64,000 nt of DNA, from contig OZ246423.1 of NCBI GenBank assembly GCA_965231215.1, positions 256,001 through 320,000 on the forward strand, in the 5' to 3' direction. Each line of letters begins with the position of its first letter. Within the stretch, counting starts at the first letter, position 1. The stretch is from Candidatus Altimarinota bacterium (GTDB lineage: Bacteria; Patescibacteriota; Gracilibacteria; UBA4473). This document shows, piece after piece, positions 19,301 to 30,122 of the stretch. The notes beneath the pieces were generated by a model. It was not told the DNA's origin. It was given only the letters and a program-made list of their open reading frames with translations, and ran no database searches. The position numbers and the translations under genes are program-made.

Positions 19301-22300
19301 GTCGCCCCTGTAATAGCTATTGATTCCCCTCTCATGGGAGATGATATCTTTAATGCCTCTGAAGCAGGAACGGTCACCATCAGTGGTTCCACTGATGCCG
19401 AAGACGGCCAAACCGTTGCCGTTTCCGTCGGCACCGTTAGTGGTAACACGACCGCCTCTTCTGGAACCTGGTCACTCGTCTTAGACCTCTCTGGTGAAGC
19501 CAACGGGTCTTTGGCCATAACCGCAGACGTCAGCGACATCGCTGGTAATGCAGCTACTCAAGCAACTGCTTCTATTACTAAAGATGCGGCCGCCCCTACT
19601 ACAACACCACCTACTCCTGGAGTAACAACCCCTGCGGTAGGGCCAGTCGGCCCAACCGTAACCATTCCTGCCGGTAGTTGTGGAGCCGATTACGCAAACG
19701 GAACGGCCCTTTGGAATACGAATCCAGCCGGACAAATTAATCCTCACCCAACCACGGTGAGTCTCGATGCCAGTGGAGACTACCCTCAAACGGTACTCGA
19801 TACTTCTGGGTCTTCTGGTTCCTTTGATCTCACCTTAACTTGTACAGACCAAGCCGGAAACCCTGGCCCTACTCTCGATCCAGCTGTCGGTTCCTTTACC
19901 GCTGACCATGTCGCCCCTGTAATAGCTATTGATTCCCCTCTCATGGGAGATGATATCTTTAATGCCTCTGAAGCAGGAACGGTCACCATCAGTGGTTCCA
20001 CTGATGCCGAAGACGGCCAAACCGTTGCCGTTTCCGTCGGCACCGTTAGTGGCAACACGACCGCCTCTTCTGGAACCTGGTCACTCATCTTAGACCTCTC
20101 TGGTGAAGCCAACGGGTCTTTGGCCATAACCGCAGACGTCAGCGACATCGCTGGTAATGCAGCTACTCAAGCAACCGCTTCTATTACTAAAGATGCGGCC
20201 GCCCCTACTACAACACCACCTACTCCTGGAGTAACAACCCCTGCGGTAGGGCCAGTCGGCCCAACCGTAACCATTCCTGCCGGTAGTTGTGGAGCCGATT
20301 ACGCAAACGGAACGGCCCTTTGGAATACGAATCCAGCCGGACAAATTAATCCTCACCCAACCACGGTGAGTCTCGATGCCAGTGGAGACTACCCTCAAAC
20401 GGTACTCGATACTTCTGGGTCTTCTGGTTCCTTTGATCTCACCTTAACTTGTACAGACCAAGCTGGAAACCCTGGCCCTACTCTCGATCCAGCTGTCGGT
20501 TCCTTTACCGCTGACCATGTCGCCCCTGTAATAGCTATTGATTCCCCTCTCATGGGAGATGATATCTTTAATGCCTCTGAAGCAGGAACGGTCACCATCA
20601 GTGGTTCCACTGATGCCGAAGACGGCCAAACCGTTGCCGTTTCCGTCGGCACCGTTAGTGGTAACACGACCGCCTCTTCTGGAACCTGGTCACTCGTCTT
20701 AGACCTCTCTGGTGAAGCCAACGGGTCTTTGGCCATAACCGCAGACGTCAGCGACATCGCTGGTAATGCAGCTACTCAAGCAACCGCTTCTATTACTAAA
20801 GATGCGGCCGCCCCTACTACAACACCACCTACTCCTGGAGTAACAACCCCTGCGGTAGGGCCAGTCGGCCCAACCGTAACCATTCCTGCCGGTAGTTGTG
20901 GAGCCGATTACGCAAACGGAACGGCCCTTTGGAATACGAATCCAGCCGGACAAATTAATCCTCACCCAACCACGGTGAGTCTCGATGCCAGTGGAGACTA
21001 CCCTCAAACGGTACTCGATACTTCTGGGTCTTCTGGTTCCTTTGATCTCACCTTAACTTGTACAGACCAAGCCGGAAACCCTGGCCCTACTCTCGATCCA
21101 GCTGTCGGTTCCTTTACCGCTGACCATGTCGCCCCTGTAATAGCTATTGATTCCCCTCTCATGGGAGATGATATCTTTAATGCCTCTGAAGCAGGAACGG
21201 TCACCATCAGTGGTTCCACTGATGCCGAAGACGGCCAAACCGTTGCCGTTTCCGTCGGCACCGTTAGTGGTAACACGACCGCCTCTTCTGGAACCTGGTC
21301 ACTCGTCTTAGACCTCTCTGGTGAAGCCAACGGGTCTTTGGCCATAACCGCAGACGTCAGCGACATCGCTGGTAATGCAGCTACTCAAGCAACCGCTTCT
21401 ATTACTAAAGATGCGGCCGCCCCTACTACAACACCACCTACTCCTGGAGTAACAACCCCTGCGGTAGGGCCAGTCGGCCCAACCGTAACCATTCCTGCCG
21501 GTAGTTGTGGAGCCGATTACGCAAACGGAACGGCCCTTTGGAATACGAATCCAGCCGGACAAATTAATCCTCACCCAACCACGGTGAGTCTCGATGCCAG
21601 TGGAGACTACCCTCAAACGGTACTCGATACTTCTGGGTCTTCTGGTTCCTTTGATCTCACCTTAACTTGTACAGACCAAGCTGGAAACCCTGGCCCTACT
21701 CTCGATCCAGCTGTCGGTTCCTTTACCGCTGACCATGTCGCCCCTGTAATAGCTATTGATTCCCCTCTCATGGGAGATGATATCTTTAATGCCTCTGAAG
21801 CAGGAACGGTCACCATCAGTGGTTCCACTGATGCCGAAGACGGCCAAACCGTTGCCGTTTCCGTCGGCACCGTTAGTGGTAACACGACCGCCTCTTCTGG
21901 AACCTGGTCACTCGTCTTAGACCTCTCTGGTGAAGCCAACGGGTCTTTGGCCATAACCGCAGACGTCAGCGACATCGCTGGTAATGCAGCTACTCAAGCA
22001 ACCGCTTCTATTACTAAAGATGCGGTGGCACCAACGACGACCCCACTCCCAACTACCCCAACAGCGACAGGGGTGGTTACCTCTCCAACAGCCATTGCAG
22101 GAAGTTGTGGTCTTGAAGCCGCCAATGGGACGGTGTCATTTACTACTACTCCAACTGGAGGACTTAATCCTGATCCGCAGGTACTTACACTAGACGGCAA
22201 TGGTGATTATAGTGGTACGCTCTCATGGGATGCCGGTAGTGATGGCAATAGCTATAGTCTCGATGTGACTTGTATTGATGCTGCCGGTAATATAGGGCCA

Positions 22301-24544
22301 ACAACTGGAGTGAGTCCTATAACCTCAGATTTAAGTGAGCCTACTCCACCAGTAGTATATCCCATCACTACGACGACCAACCCTATTAAAGGAACCAGTG
22401 AACCAGGTTCTGTTATTAATGTATCACCATTGACCTGTGATAATGCTCCTATAGTGACTGATACTTCAGGAAATTGGAGTTGTGATGTGACTTCATCTCT
22501 ACCAATCGCCGCGTTAACAACCATAGATGTGACCGCCACTGATTCAGCCGGGAATGTCAGTGATCCAACAATGACCACCGTAGTTGACCCCACTACAACG
22601 ACCGTACCACCAACCGTCGAGCCTACTGATGGAGATCCTGTAACCGGTACCGGAGAACCGGGGGCCCTGATTACCGTTAAAGACAACTTGGGAAATATTC
22701 TCTGTCAAACATCCGTTTTCCCAAACGGCACTTTCATCTGTAGTCCGGTCAGTCCGGCTCCAAGTCCTGGAGATACCCTTGAGGTGACTCAAAATATAGC
22801 TCCGAACGGCGAATCAGCGCCAACAGAATTGATGGTTATCGATCCAACAGCGGTTGTGTTACCGCCTACCGTCAGTCCAACCGACGGAGATGTAATAACC
22901 GGAACGGCAGAGCCAAATGCTACGGTGCGGATTATTAATCCAACTTCGGGACTAACGTTGTGTACGGCTACGGCGGATGGATCCGGGAACTTTAGCTGTG
23001 ATCTGAGCCCAGACCTTACTGATGGACAAACCGTCAACGTCACCGCCACCGTAGATGGAACCTCTTCATTGCCAACTACTATTACGGTTGATAGTAGTGA
23101 TTCTGATGGAGACGGAATAGATAATACTGATGAGATAGGGGCCATTAATGGCGGAGATGGAAATGGTGATGGGATGCCTGATGATGAACAAACCTCAGTC
23201 ACCTCTGTCATGAACCCCGTTACTAGCCAACCAGTCACTATGTCAGTCACGGGCGGAAACTGTCGTGTGATTGATGGTTATGATGTCGAGTTTGAAAGCG
23301 CTCAAACTACTCAAGATAGCGCCTTTGATTACCCGATCGGGCTGTTTGATTTTGAGCTTTATTGTACTAGCGTCGGGCAGAGCACAGACGTAACGTTCTA
23401 TCTAGATAAAGAGTACGATACCACGGGATGGGTCTGGAGAAAGATCAATCGGAGCGCGGGAGTTTATAGCACTTTTAATGAAACAGTTACCTATGGAACC
23501 GCCACTATAGGCACTGATACGGTGACAACCGTAAATATTGTAGTAGCGGACAATAATAGCGATGATGAAGATGCTACAGCTAATGCTCGTATTCTTGATC
23601 CCTCTGGACCGGCTTTGCCAGCACCTACTAGTTCCGGCTCCGGTGGTGGCGGAGGCAGTGCTCCGATTCGTCATATAATTACTATGTGTAGCTATGACAC
23701 AGGGAAGTGTGAAAATATTTTCCCTACGGGAAATGATGAAACTTATAAAACGTACCGAAAATGTTACCAGTCTGGGGTTAAGTCTGGGATAGAATGTGCT
23801 ACCGAATGGGCATTGGCCAAAAACTACGTAGCAGTAGAAGATTTTGCACCAGCCACCGATCAATCACAATCTAACGCTGAAGAGAGTTCCGCTTTGGTTC
23901 CAGAAGAAACGAAAACCGTCATTAGTGATGATAATCTTTGTGAAACCGTCATCTACCGACGTTATCCAGGCCGAAGGGGTGTTGGGGTCTCTGCTAATAT
24001 ATTTGGGGATACCCTTGAGACCCATTTAGCTTACCCTTACCTGGTAGACCTAAATGAACAAAACATTGTAAATGGTGACGCAAAAACCGGTAATGCTCGG
24101 TTGGATAATGAAATTAGTCGGGCGGAAGTGATGAAAATCATGACTATAGCTCGTCAAGATTCAATGAAGCAGGGAGAATGTGCTGAGTTAACCAGGTTCC
24201 CAGATGTTAATACAGGAGCTTGGTATCACCACTTTGTCCAAAACATGGAACAGCAAGATATAGTGCATGGGTATGGTGATGGCCTCTACCGACCTGGTAA
24301 AAACATTATTAAAGCCGAGATCTATAAAATTCTAGCCCTCTCCTTTGGCTACATTACCTATGATGAAGCAAATCAAATAGCGGTTGAACGTGGCGTTGAA
24401 TGGTATGTCCCTTATATTGAGGCTTTAGGAAAAAATATTGCTGTACCAAACGCCATAGCTGAGGCTGAACCGGATAAAGTGATGACTAGAGGTGAAGCCT
24501 TTACCCTGCTCTCATTAGTACTCAAAAACATTGACGGTCTCTAG
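16397..24544 (+). CDS. Giant surface protein/adhesin (2715 aa): signal peptide, LamG-like, cadherin-like, Ig-like repeats, Ca-binding DxDxD motifs, SLH-like domains
   Basis: ALA|AP signal; LWLKAN...WQDQS; NAAPTDI..FDYE cadherin-like; DxAGN Ig-like repeats; DSDGDGIDN; C-terminal ISRAEVMKI, FPDV..AWY, GYGDGLYRPG, MTRGEA. Confidence 0.85.
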   Translation: MNQKFPHRLLVSLCVVSFVFFNNASLALAAPGGVQTDLGLWLKANAGVFSDAGTTAATDGAEIQEWQDQSSAGIDATEATNSNQRPTFQSDAANLVNFNPSVLFDGSNDRFLLDSNSIALGNTSYSFRAVSTVGTNSNGNAILGSAGTGTRKSTLLELNAGSPPQVFSFWQATNLSADATNVDNDDIVIVGDNYDNTVGRTVFSNGLQIGSNANTSHSATDGLIKVGEFSTTGSTADRFTGRMMEVIAYSNTKSSTELNRIDAYLALKYGITLDQAVATAYLASDGSTKMWDETVNATYNNDIFGIGRDDGSNLDQRVSKSLNDDAILTVALDNDFTSANNDASRTTAFGSDLSFLMFANNNGAATFAVAGTNQVLDRVWQVQEEGTVGSVQLQFDMDDADFDIATLDRYELLVDTDNDADFSDETPVSMTNTTGSLWSTSFDFTDGQLFTVALGNAAPTDIALDGGNSDTIIENTVANTDIGTLTTTDSDVADTHTYSLACSVAGADDSHFAIVGDKLQNTTVFDYETPVDANTDNSYEVCVRVTDSGVGNATYDEILTVVVQDIVDETPPVISETTPVDTPTNDSTPSYTFTTDEAGTITYGGSCSSATTAAVVGPNTVDFNTLAEGPYTDCTITVTDAASNVSNQITVSSFTIDTTAPTTTPPSPGVTTPSSGPVNATVTIPAGSCGADYANGTALWNTNPAGQINPHPTTVSLDASGDYPQTVLDTSGSSGSFDLTLTCTDQAGNPGPTLDPAVGSFTADHVAPVIAIDSPLMGDDIFNASEAGTVTISGSTDAEDGQTVAVSVGTVSGNTTASSGTWSLVLDLSGEANGSLAITADVSDIAGNAATQATASITKDAAAPTTTPPTPGVTTPAVGPVGPTVTIPAGSCGADYANGTALWNTNPAGQINPHPTTVSLDASGDYPQTVLDTSGSSGSFDLTLTCTDQAGNPGPTLDPAVGSFTADHVAPVIAIDSPLMGDDIFNASEAGTVTISGSTDAEDGQTVAVSVGTVSGNTTASSGTWSLVLDLSGEANGSLAITADVSDIAGNAATQATASITKDAAAPTTTPPTPGVTTPAVGPVGPTVTIPAGSCGADYANGTALWNTNPAGQINPHPTTVSLDASGDYPQTVLDTSGSSGSFDLTLTCTDQAGNPGPTLDPAVGSFTADHVAPVIAIDSPLMGDDIFNASEAGTVTISGSTDAEDGQTVAVSVGTVSGNTTASSGTWSLILDLSGEANGSLAITADVSDIAGNAATQATASITKDAAAPTTTPPTPGVTTPAVGPVGPTVTIPAGSCGADYANGTALWNTNPAGQINPHPTTVSLDASGDYPQTVLDTSGSSGSFDLTLTCTDQAGNPGPTLDPAVGSFTADHVAPVIAIDSPLMGDDIFNASEAGTVTISGSTDAEDGQTVAVSVGTVSGNTTASSGTWSLVLDLSGEANGSLAITADVSDIAGNAATQATASITKDAAAPTTTPPTPGVTTPAVGPVGPTVTIPAGSCGADYANGTALWNTNPAGQINPHPTTVSLDASGDYPQTVLDTSGSSGSFDLTLTCTDQAGNPGPTLDPAVGSFTADHVAPVIAIDSPLMGDDIFNASEAGTVTISGSTDAEDGQTVAVSVGTVSGNTTASSGTWSLVLDLSGEANGSLAITADVSDIAGNAATQATASITKDAAAPTTTPPTPGVTTPAVGPVGPTVTIPAGSCGADYANGTALWNTNPAGQINPHPTTVSLDASGDYPQTVLDTSGSSGSFDLTLTCTDQAGNPGPTLDPAVGSFTADHVAPVIAIDSPLMGDDIFNASEAGTVTISGSTDAEDGQTVAVSVGTVSGNTTASSGTWSLVLDLSGEANGSLAITADVSDIAGNAATQATASITKDAVAPTTTPLPTTPTATGVVTSPTAIAGSCGLEAANGTVSFTTTPTGGLNPDPQVLTLDGNGDYSGTLSWDAGSDGNSYSLDVTCIDAAGNIGPTTGVSPITSDLSEPTPPVVYPITTTTNPIKGTSEPGSVINVSPLTCDNAPIVTDTSGNWSCDVTSSLPIAALTTIDVTATDSAGNVSDPTMTTVVDPTTTTVPPTVEPTDGDPVTGTGEPGALITVKDNLGNILCQTSVFPNGTFICSPVSPAPSPGDTLEVTQNIAPNGESAPTELMVIDPTAVVLPPTVSPTDGDVITGTAEPNATVRIINPTSGLTLCTATADGSGNFSCDLSPDLTDGQTVNVTATVDGTSSLPTTITVDSSDSDGDGIDNTDEIGAINGGDGNGDGMPDDEQTSVTSVMNPVTSQPVTMSVTGGNCRVIDGYDVEFESAQTTQDSAFDYPIGLFDFELYCTSVGQSTDVTFYLDKEYDTTGWVWRKINRSAGVYSTFNETVTYGTATIGTDTVTTVNIVVADNNSDDEDATANARILDPSGPALPAPTSSGSGGGGGSAPIRHIITMCSYDTGKCENIFPTGNDETYKTYRKCYQSGVKSGIECATEWALAKNYVAVEDFAPATDQSQSNAEESSALVPEETKTVISDDNLCETVIYRRYPGRRGVGVSANIFGDTLETHLAYPYLVDLNEQNIVNGDAKTGNARLDNEISRAEVMKIMTIARQDSMKQGECAELTRFPDVNTGAWYHHFVQNMEQQDIVHGYGDGLYRPGKNIIKAEIYKILALSFGYITYDEANQIAVERGVEWYVPYIEALGKNIAVPNAIAEAEPDKVMTRGEAFTLLSLVLKNIDGL
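18443..22025 (+). repeat. Intragenic tandem array of about 5.9 near-identical 609-bp (203-aa) units
   Basis: Units start at 18443, 19052, 19661, 20270, 20879 and 21488; only a few SNPs seen. Confidence 0.97.
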
Positions 24545-24573
24545 CATTCTCATCCAACTAAGAAGACTACTAC

Positions 24574-24643
24574 CAAAAAGGCTCCCGAATTACTTAATGA
24601 TTCGGAAGTCTTTTGATTTTTGAAAAAGTGGAGCCTTTTTTTA
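24574..24643 (+). terminator. Terminator-like structure after the giant gene
   Basis: aaaaaggctcc...ggagccttttt long inverted repeat with an inner hairpin and a T tract. Confidence 0.5.
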
Positions 24644-24784
24644 TTAGTATCTCACCTCAAAAAAAGAATCAAAATCTACTGAGATTTACATACACAATCA
24701 TAAATTAAAACAGGGTTATCCGCTCTTTTAATTTACTTTCTTTTTTACTTTATTTTACTAAAAACAGAGTGAACCTTAAAAAAA

Positions 24785-25603
24785 ATGAACTTTATCGCCG
24801 ATCCTATCCTAATTGCCTTCAGCCTCACCCTTTTTGCTGGTCTTGCCACTGGTATTGGAAGTTTATTAGCCTTCGCCGCTAAACCAACCAATGACAAATT
24901 TTTGTCTATAGCGCTTGGATTTTCTGCCGGGGTTATGCTGTATGTCTCCTTTGTAGAGATTTTTGTAAAAGCTCGAGCTTCACTTTCCGAAGCCACAGAT
25001 GAAACGACTGGGTACTGGCTAGCCACTATTGGATTTTTTGCAGGGATGATCATTATTGCCCTGATTGATAAGTGTATAGATTATGATCATGGAAATCCTC
25101 ATGAAATACACGATCCCAAAGAAATGGACAGTCAACAAGAAAAGCGCAAGCACAGGCTTTTACGCATGGGACTTTTTACAGCCCTTGCCATTGCGATTCA
25201 TAACTTCCCTGAGGGGCTTACAACCTTTTTAGCCGCTATGGAAGATCCCGCTTTAGGTGTCGCTATCGCTATCGCTATTGCGATTCATAATATCCCTGAA
25301 GGAATTGCGGTTTCTATTCCCATCTACCATGCAACCGGAAGCCGATTAAAAGCTTTCTGGTATTCTTTTGCTTCTGGAATCGTAGAACCTATAGGCGCTG
25401 TTTTAGGATACTTTTTATTGCTTCGGTTCTTTAATGATCTTACCTTCGGCATAGTCTTTGCCGCCGTTGGAGGCGTGATGGTCTTTATTTCGCTCGACCA
25501 GCTTTTACCAACCGCCAAAAAATATGGGGAACACCATCTTTCTATTTATGGTCTTATGGCCGGAATGAGCATTATGGCCTTGAGTTTATTGTTGTTTTTA
25601 TAA
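24785..25603 (+). CDS. zupT: ZIP-family zinc transporter
   Basis: [34 protein letters not shown], His-containing loop. Confidence 0.93.
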   Translation: MNFIADPILIAFSLTLFAGLATGIGSLLAFAAKPTNDKFLSIALGFSAGVMLYVSFVEIFVKARASLSEATDETTGYWLATIGFFAGMIIIALIDKCIDYDHGNPHEIHDPKEMDSQQEKRKHRLLRMGLFTALAIAIHNFPEGLTTFLAAMEDPALGVAIAIAIAIHNIPEGIAVSIPIYHATGSRLKAFWYSFASGIVEPIGAVLGYFLLLRFFNDLTFGIVFAAVGGVMVFISLDQLLPTAKKYGEHHLSIYGLMAGMSIMALSLLLFL

Positions 25604-26662
25604 AATGCCTGAACTCCCCATACCAAGCAATCCAACAATCAAACCCACCGTTCCACATACACCTCCCAAAAGCCAGAACCGCATAACTACCTGAGTTTCA
25701 GACCACCCTTGGGCTTCAAAGTGATGATGAATTGGAGCAATGCGAAAGAGCTTTTTCTTAAATCGTTTTTTCCAGAAAAGCTGCAGTATTACGGAGATCG
25801 TTTCAAGTACAAAAATAAATCCAACAATGGCTAGCACCAGGACGGCATTAGTCAGCATTGCGATTACCCCTAATGTAGCCCCTAAAGCTAAACTCCCCGT
25901 ATCTCCCATGTAGATAGAAGCCGGAGGCACATTAAACCACAAAAACGCTAACAAAGCCGCTACCACAACCAAACAAAACGTGGCCAAAATCGGTAGACCT
26001 GCAAAATACGCAATCACTCCAAACACTCCATAAGCAATGGCCAAGAGTCCTCCAGCCAAACCGTCTAAACCATCGGTTAGGTTTACCGAGTTAGACACCC
26101 CCACTAAAATAAAAATAAACAGCGGAAAGTACCAAAACCCAATATCAAAGTCCCCTACTCCTGGCACATGAATAATCGACCACTCGAGCCGAAACACAAA
26201 CCACGCGGCGCCTACCACCGCAAATAACACCAACGTCCAGAGTTTAACTCGAGCCGATAGTCCCTTTTGAGCCGATTTTTCAGTGATGTTTAAATAATCA
26301 TCCATCACCCCAAGAGCTCCAACACAAATTAATGTCGCTAGAGGTAAATACGTTTCTCCGCGGTTAAGCAACGAATGATCTACAAGCCCAAAATAAGCCA
26401 GCACCCGAGAAATTAACACCGTCATGACCACCGCCAAAATAATCACTATACCGCCCATTGTGGGCGTGCCAGCTTTATGAGAATGCAGTTGAGAAAACAG
26501 TTTAGCCACCCCTCCCGAAAGCCCTTCAGAACGAATTTTTTGGGTTAACTTATAGTTAATAACAAACCGTATAAAGTAGGGAAAAAACAATACCGCTAAC
26601 AAAAAACTACACAGCCCATAACTGAATATATAAAACAAATTTTCTACGTGAAATGAAACCAT
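25598..26662 (-). CDS. mraY: Phospho-N-acetylmuramoyl-pentapeptide transferase
   Basis: [40 protein letters not shown]. Confidence 0.97.
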   Translation of the reverse strand: MVSFHVENLFYIFSYGLCSFLLAVLFFPYFIRFVINYKLTQKIRSEGLSGGVAKLFSQLHSHKAGTPTMGGIVIILAVVMTVLISRVLAYFGLVDHSLLNRGETYLPLATLICVGALGVMDDYLNITEKSAQKGLSARVKLWTLVLFAVVGAAWFVFRLEWSIIHVPGVGDFDIGFWYFPLFIFILVGVSNSVNLTDGLDGLAGGLLAIAYGVFGVIAYFAGLPILATFCLVVVAALLAFLWFNVPPASIYMGDTGSLALGATLGVIAMLTNAVLVLAIVGFIFVLETISVILQLFWKKRFKKKLFRIAPIHHHFEAQGWSETQVVMRFWLLGGVCGTVGLIVGLLGMGSSGIL

Positions 26663-26704
26663 ATTTTGTTACTGTTATTAAATTTTTTAAGGGAAAAACA
26701 CAAA

Positions 26705-28027
26705 TCATTCTTCACAAATTTTTACCTCACTTTCCCACCTGCCAAACGCTAAAAATATAAAAATAAGTATCGCCAAAGGCGTCATATCCAAAATGGTGGC
26801 AAAATTCATTAACAACAAAAACACACTCGCCATACAAATCCAACGGAATGAAAACTTCAAATACAAGCTCCCCCAAAACATCACGGCTAAAAATAAACCA
26901 AGCCCCCCAAGCTGAGCAAAATAATCCACAAATACATTTTCAGCAATAGGCGCTTTATCATTATTATTGATCGCTAAATTTTTGGCTCTAGCCGCTGGCC
27001 CTAGTTCTCCTAAATTTCCAGTAACTGGATTTTCTAATCCCATATAAAAAGCCTGTATAGGTCTTGTAATATGATCTGAATCACTTATTCGAACAATTTT
27101 TTTGTTCAAGAAAGAAATATCCCCAGCAATAGGTTCTGAAAAGCCCAGTTTTGTCATAGCCAAAACACACACTAGCATCAACCAGACTACTACCCACGAC
27201 TCTATTTTTTTAAGGGATCCTCCATCAAATTTTACATATCGCCAAAACAGATTCGCTACTATCAAAAGCCCCGCCCCTAAAATTCCGGCTCGTGATCCAC
27301 TCTGAAAAATCCCTAACCCCAGAATCATAATAACGCCCCAGTCAAACCACTTAAACCTCCTAATAAAAAAGCACTGCACAAAAAGAGCTAAAAGCAGTAT
27401 ATGCGCAAATTCCACTGGACCAGAGGCCCCTCCCTGAATACGGATAAAACCTTCACTTGTCTGATGATACAAAGGCAAAGTCTGCCCTGGAACCCAAGAA
27501 GAAATTGTCTGGGAATAAAAATTTTTAAGTACTTCAAACCCACCTAAAAACTTTCCCCACAACCCAAAAATTGTGGATAAAACCGTACTCCAGACAAAAA
27601 ATGTGGAAAACTTTTTGAAGAATCTACAAAAATTTTTATGCCCACTTTTTCCAGGTTTGAGCAAACTTTTACAGATTAGATTGTGCAATACAAAGGCAAA
27701 AAAGCCTAATCCCAAATACCGGAAAGCCACCGCCGAAGTATAAGGATCAGCCTTTAAAAAAACCAATACACTTCCCCACCCTAAAAACAGTAAAGCCCAA
27801 AAATCAGGCGTCCGAAATAGCCGCCCAAAAGTCAGCTCATTTTGGCGGTTTTTAACGCTTGAATTTAAAAAATTCGACATATACCCCCACCCCACCAAAA
27901 TACCAAGCGCTAACAAAACAATTTCTTTCCAAAACCGAAATCCTTCCGGAAAAAAAACCGTAATCATACCATGCCAAGGCAATCCCAAGGCTAAAAGCAG
28001 GCACAAAGACTGAGTAAATTTAAACAT
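26705..28027 (-). CDS. O-antigen ligase/polymerase-like multi-TM protein
   Basis: Many TM helices; RIQG, SGSRAG, ENVFVDYFAQLGGLG resemble Wzy_C. ORF track starts at 28072. Confidence 0.6.
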   Translation of the reverse strand: MFKFTQSLCLLLALGLPWHGMITVFFPEGFRFWKEIVLLALGILVGWGYMSNFLNSSVKNRQNELTFGRLFRTPDFWALLFLGWGSVLVFLKADPYTSAVAFRYLGLGFFAFVLHNLICKSLLKPGKSGHKNFCRFFKKFSTFFVWSTVLSTIFGLWGKFLGGFEVLKNFYSQTISSWVPGQTLPLYHQTSEGFIRIQGGASGPVEFAHILLLALFVQCFFIRRFKWFDWGVIMILGLGIFQSGSRAGILGAGLLIVANLFWRYVKFDGGSLKKIESWVVVWLMLVCVLAMTKLGFSEPIAGDISFLNKKIVRISDSDHITRPIQAFYMGLENPVTGNLGELGPAARAKNLAINNNDKAPIAENVFVDYFAQLGGLGLFLAVMFWGSLYLKFSFRWICMASVFLLLMNFATILDMTPLAILIFIFLAFGRWESEVKICEE

Positions 28028-28090
28028 ATTTGTAACTATGATAACATAATTTTCTTGAATGAAAATTTGCAAAGTTTTATGGTGAATTTG

Positions 28091-28681
28091 ATGAAAAAAA
28101 TTTTCATGGCCATCGGAATATTATGTATGACCAATATAAGTGTCAGCTTCGCTGCCGACCTGATAGTTGAAAAAAGACTCATTACCCCTAAAACCCTTCC
28201 TAAAAATGCTATTAGAGTGCCTTTCTTAGAAGTGAAACTCTGGGCTCAAGGCGGAGCGGTAAATGTAAAGAGTTTCACGATCCAAAGAACGGGTCTCTCT
28301 ACCAATGAAGATTTTGGAAGAGTTTGGGCTGAAGCCGACAACTTTTTACGTTCTCGAAGCCGCAATATTAACAACGACGATTTAGTTGAAACCTCCTTTT
28401 ATCGTCCGCTCCATATTCCCAATGGTAGTAGCGCGACCGTTACTATTTATGCCAATCTAGAATTTGATTCTGGAGGTGGGAGAACCGCGGCCTTTAATCT
28501 GGTCGGCCTTGAAACCGACGCTGACAATACTCAGTTTGAAGATACGCGATCCATGAGCCAAATACTCGCCAAAAAACCGATAGCCGTTACCCAATCGCAA
28601 AACACCAACTCTAGATACGATCGAACTCGCTTCCGAATCAAATGTACTTATGGACGGTGTAAACTGGTACCACGAAATTAA
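28091..28681 (+). CDS. Secreted hypothetical protein
   Basis: MKKIFMAIG...SFA|A signal peptide; beta-rich body. Confidence 0.6.
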   Translation: MKKIFMAIGILCMTNISVSFAADLIVEKRLITPKTLPKNAIRVPFLEVKLWAQGGAVNVKSFTIQRTGLSTNEDFGRVWAEADNFLRSRSRNINNDDLVETSFYRPLHIPNGSSATVTIYANLEFDSGGGRTAAFNLVGLETDADNTQFEDTRSMSQILAKKPIAVTQSQNTNSRYDRTRFRIKCTYGRCKLVPRN

Positions 28682-28788
28682 ATTTTAAAATTCCTTTTCA
28701 ACCTCCCGTTTGAAATTAAAACTTCATGAACAAACTTAAGGTCTCGTGGTTTCCTTAAGTGAGTGAATACCTATTTTGAAAGGAGAAG

Positions 28789-28814
28789 CCTAGGGGAAAA
28801 TCTTTTCCCCTAGG
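28789..28814. terminator. Hairpin immediately downstream of obgE
   Basis: cctaggggaaaa-tc-ttttcccctagg perfect inverted repeat between convergent genes. Confidence 0.55.
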
Positions 28815-28817
28815 AGC

Positions 28818-30089
28818 TTATCCTCGATATTCGAGGAAGTTTTCTCCTATACGCAATTTATCCCCTGGAACCGCTCCTTGCTTTTGAAGTTCAGCAACCA
28901 CGCCCCATTTTTTGAGCACATCATAGATACGTTCTTGCGCTTCAATATTTTCCCAATCAGTCTGCCGAGCGATTTGAGATAATCGAGTGTTTACTAAATC
29001 CCACCAAAATTCACTCTTTTCAATATTCACCTTACGTCCGACATCCGCTTCCCCTGGTCTAAACTCTACCCTATCTGGGGCCTCTTTTTCTATTTCTGGA
29101 GGTAATACCTCTGGAATTTCATGAATCAAAAATTTCAAAAGTGTATCTATCCCCTCATGAGTGGCAGCCGAAACCCCAAAAGGTTTCATCCCAAATTTTT
29201 CTTCAAATTCTTCCCCCAAAAATTGTTCAAATTCCGCATCACTCACATCAATCTTGGTAAAAACCGGTACAAAAGGCTTTTCAGCCAACCTCGGTGAAAA
29301 AGTTTCGAGCTCCTTACGGATCACTTCAAAATCTTTAAGAGGGGTATCTGAATTGACATCAATCAACTGCAACACGTACCGAGCTCTCTCAATATGTTTG
29401 AGAAACTGATGCCCCAGTCCTTTTCCTTCATGGGCTCCTTCAATCAGTCCTGGAACATCTACAAAAACCAAATCTCTATCATCTATCTTGGCGACTCCTA
29501 AGTTGGGAACCAGCGTTGTAAAATGGTACTCCGCCACCTTTGGTTTGGCATTAGAGACTACCGATATAAACGTGGATTTTCCCACGCTGGGGTATCCTAC
29601 CAAGGCCACATCAGCTACTAATTTAAGTTCCAAATCTAGATCAAAAGACTCTCCTAAATCTCCTTTTTCGGCAAAGTTAGGCGCTTGGCGAATAGAGTTT
29701 ACAAACCCTGCATTTCCCTTGCCTCCAATACCTCCATGAGCTATTAACACTTGTTGATTTTCTCGAGTCAGATCAGCTAAAACCTGACCCGTGTGTTGAT
29801 CACGAATAATAGTACCTACCGGTACTTTGATAATGAGATCTTCACCATTTCGTCCCGTCCGGTTACACTTATCGCCTGGTTGTCCATTTTCTGCCTGAAA
29901 CTCTTTTTTATACCGAAAATCAGACAAAGTATGTAGATTATTTACTGCCACAAATAAGAGATCGCCCCCTTGTCCTCCGTTTCCTCCATCTGGTCCTCCT
30001 TTAGGTACATATTTTTCCCGGCGGAAATGGGCACACCCATCACCTCCTTTACCAGCGGAAACTGAAATTTTAGCTTCATCTACAAACAT
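28818..30089 (-). CDS. obgE: GTPase ObgE/CgtA
   Basis: MFVDEAKI..GKGGDG, FRREKYVPKGGPDGG, GYPSVGKS, YHFTTL, DVPGLIEGA. Confidence 0.98.
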   Translation of the reverse strand: MFVDEAKISVSAGKGGDGCAHFRREKYVPKGGPDGGNGGQGGDLLFVAVNNLHTLSDFRYKKEFQAENGQPGDKCNRTGRNGEDLIIKVPVGTIIRDQHTGQVLADLTRENQQVLIAHGGIGGKGNAGFVNSIRQAPNFAEKGDLGESFDLDLELKLVADVALVGYPSVGKSTFISVVSNAKPKVAEYHFTTLVPNLGVAKIDDRDLVFVDVPGLIEGAHEGKGLGHQFLKHIERARYVLQLIDVNSDTPLKDFEVIRKELETFSPRLAEKPFVPVFTKIDVSDAEFEQFLGEEFEEKFGMKPFGVSAATHEGIDTLLKFLIHEIPEVLPPEIEKEAPDRVEFRPGEADVGRKVNIEKSEFWWDLVNTRLSQIARQTDWENIEAQERIYDVLKKWGVVAELQKQGAVPGDKLRIGENFLEYRG

Positions 30090-30122
30090 CAGACCGAATG
30101 TAGGGAAATTCTGATTTAGCGC

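Noticed and set aside
18443-22025. CRISPR array or DGR template/variable repeat
   Set aside because: Units are 609-bp in-frame coding repeats without spacers; the variants are not adenine-specific; no cas or reverse transcriptase gene is in the window.
17341-23863. Repeated minus-strand ORFs (120/102/61 aa and others)
   Set aside because: Antisense shadows of the giant surface gene and its repeats.
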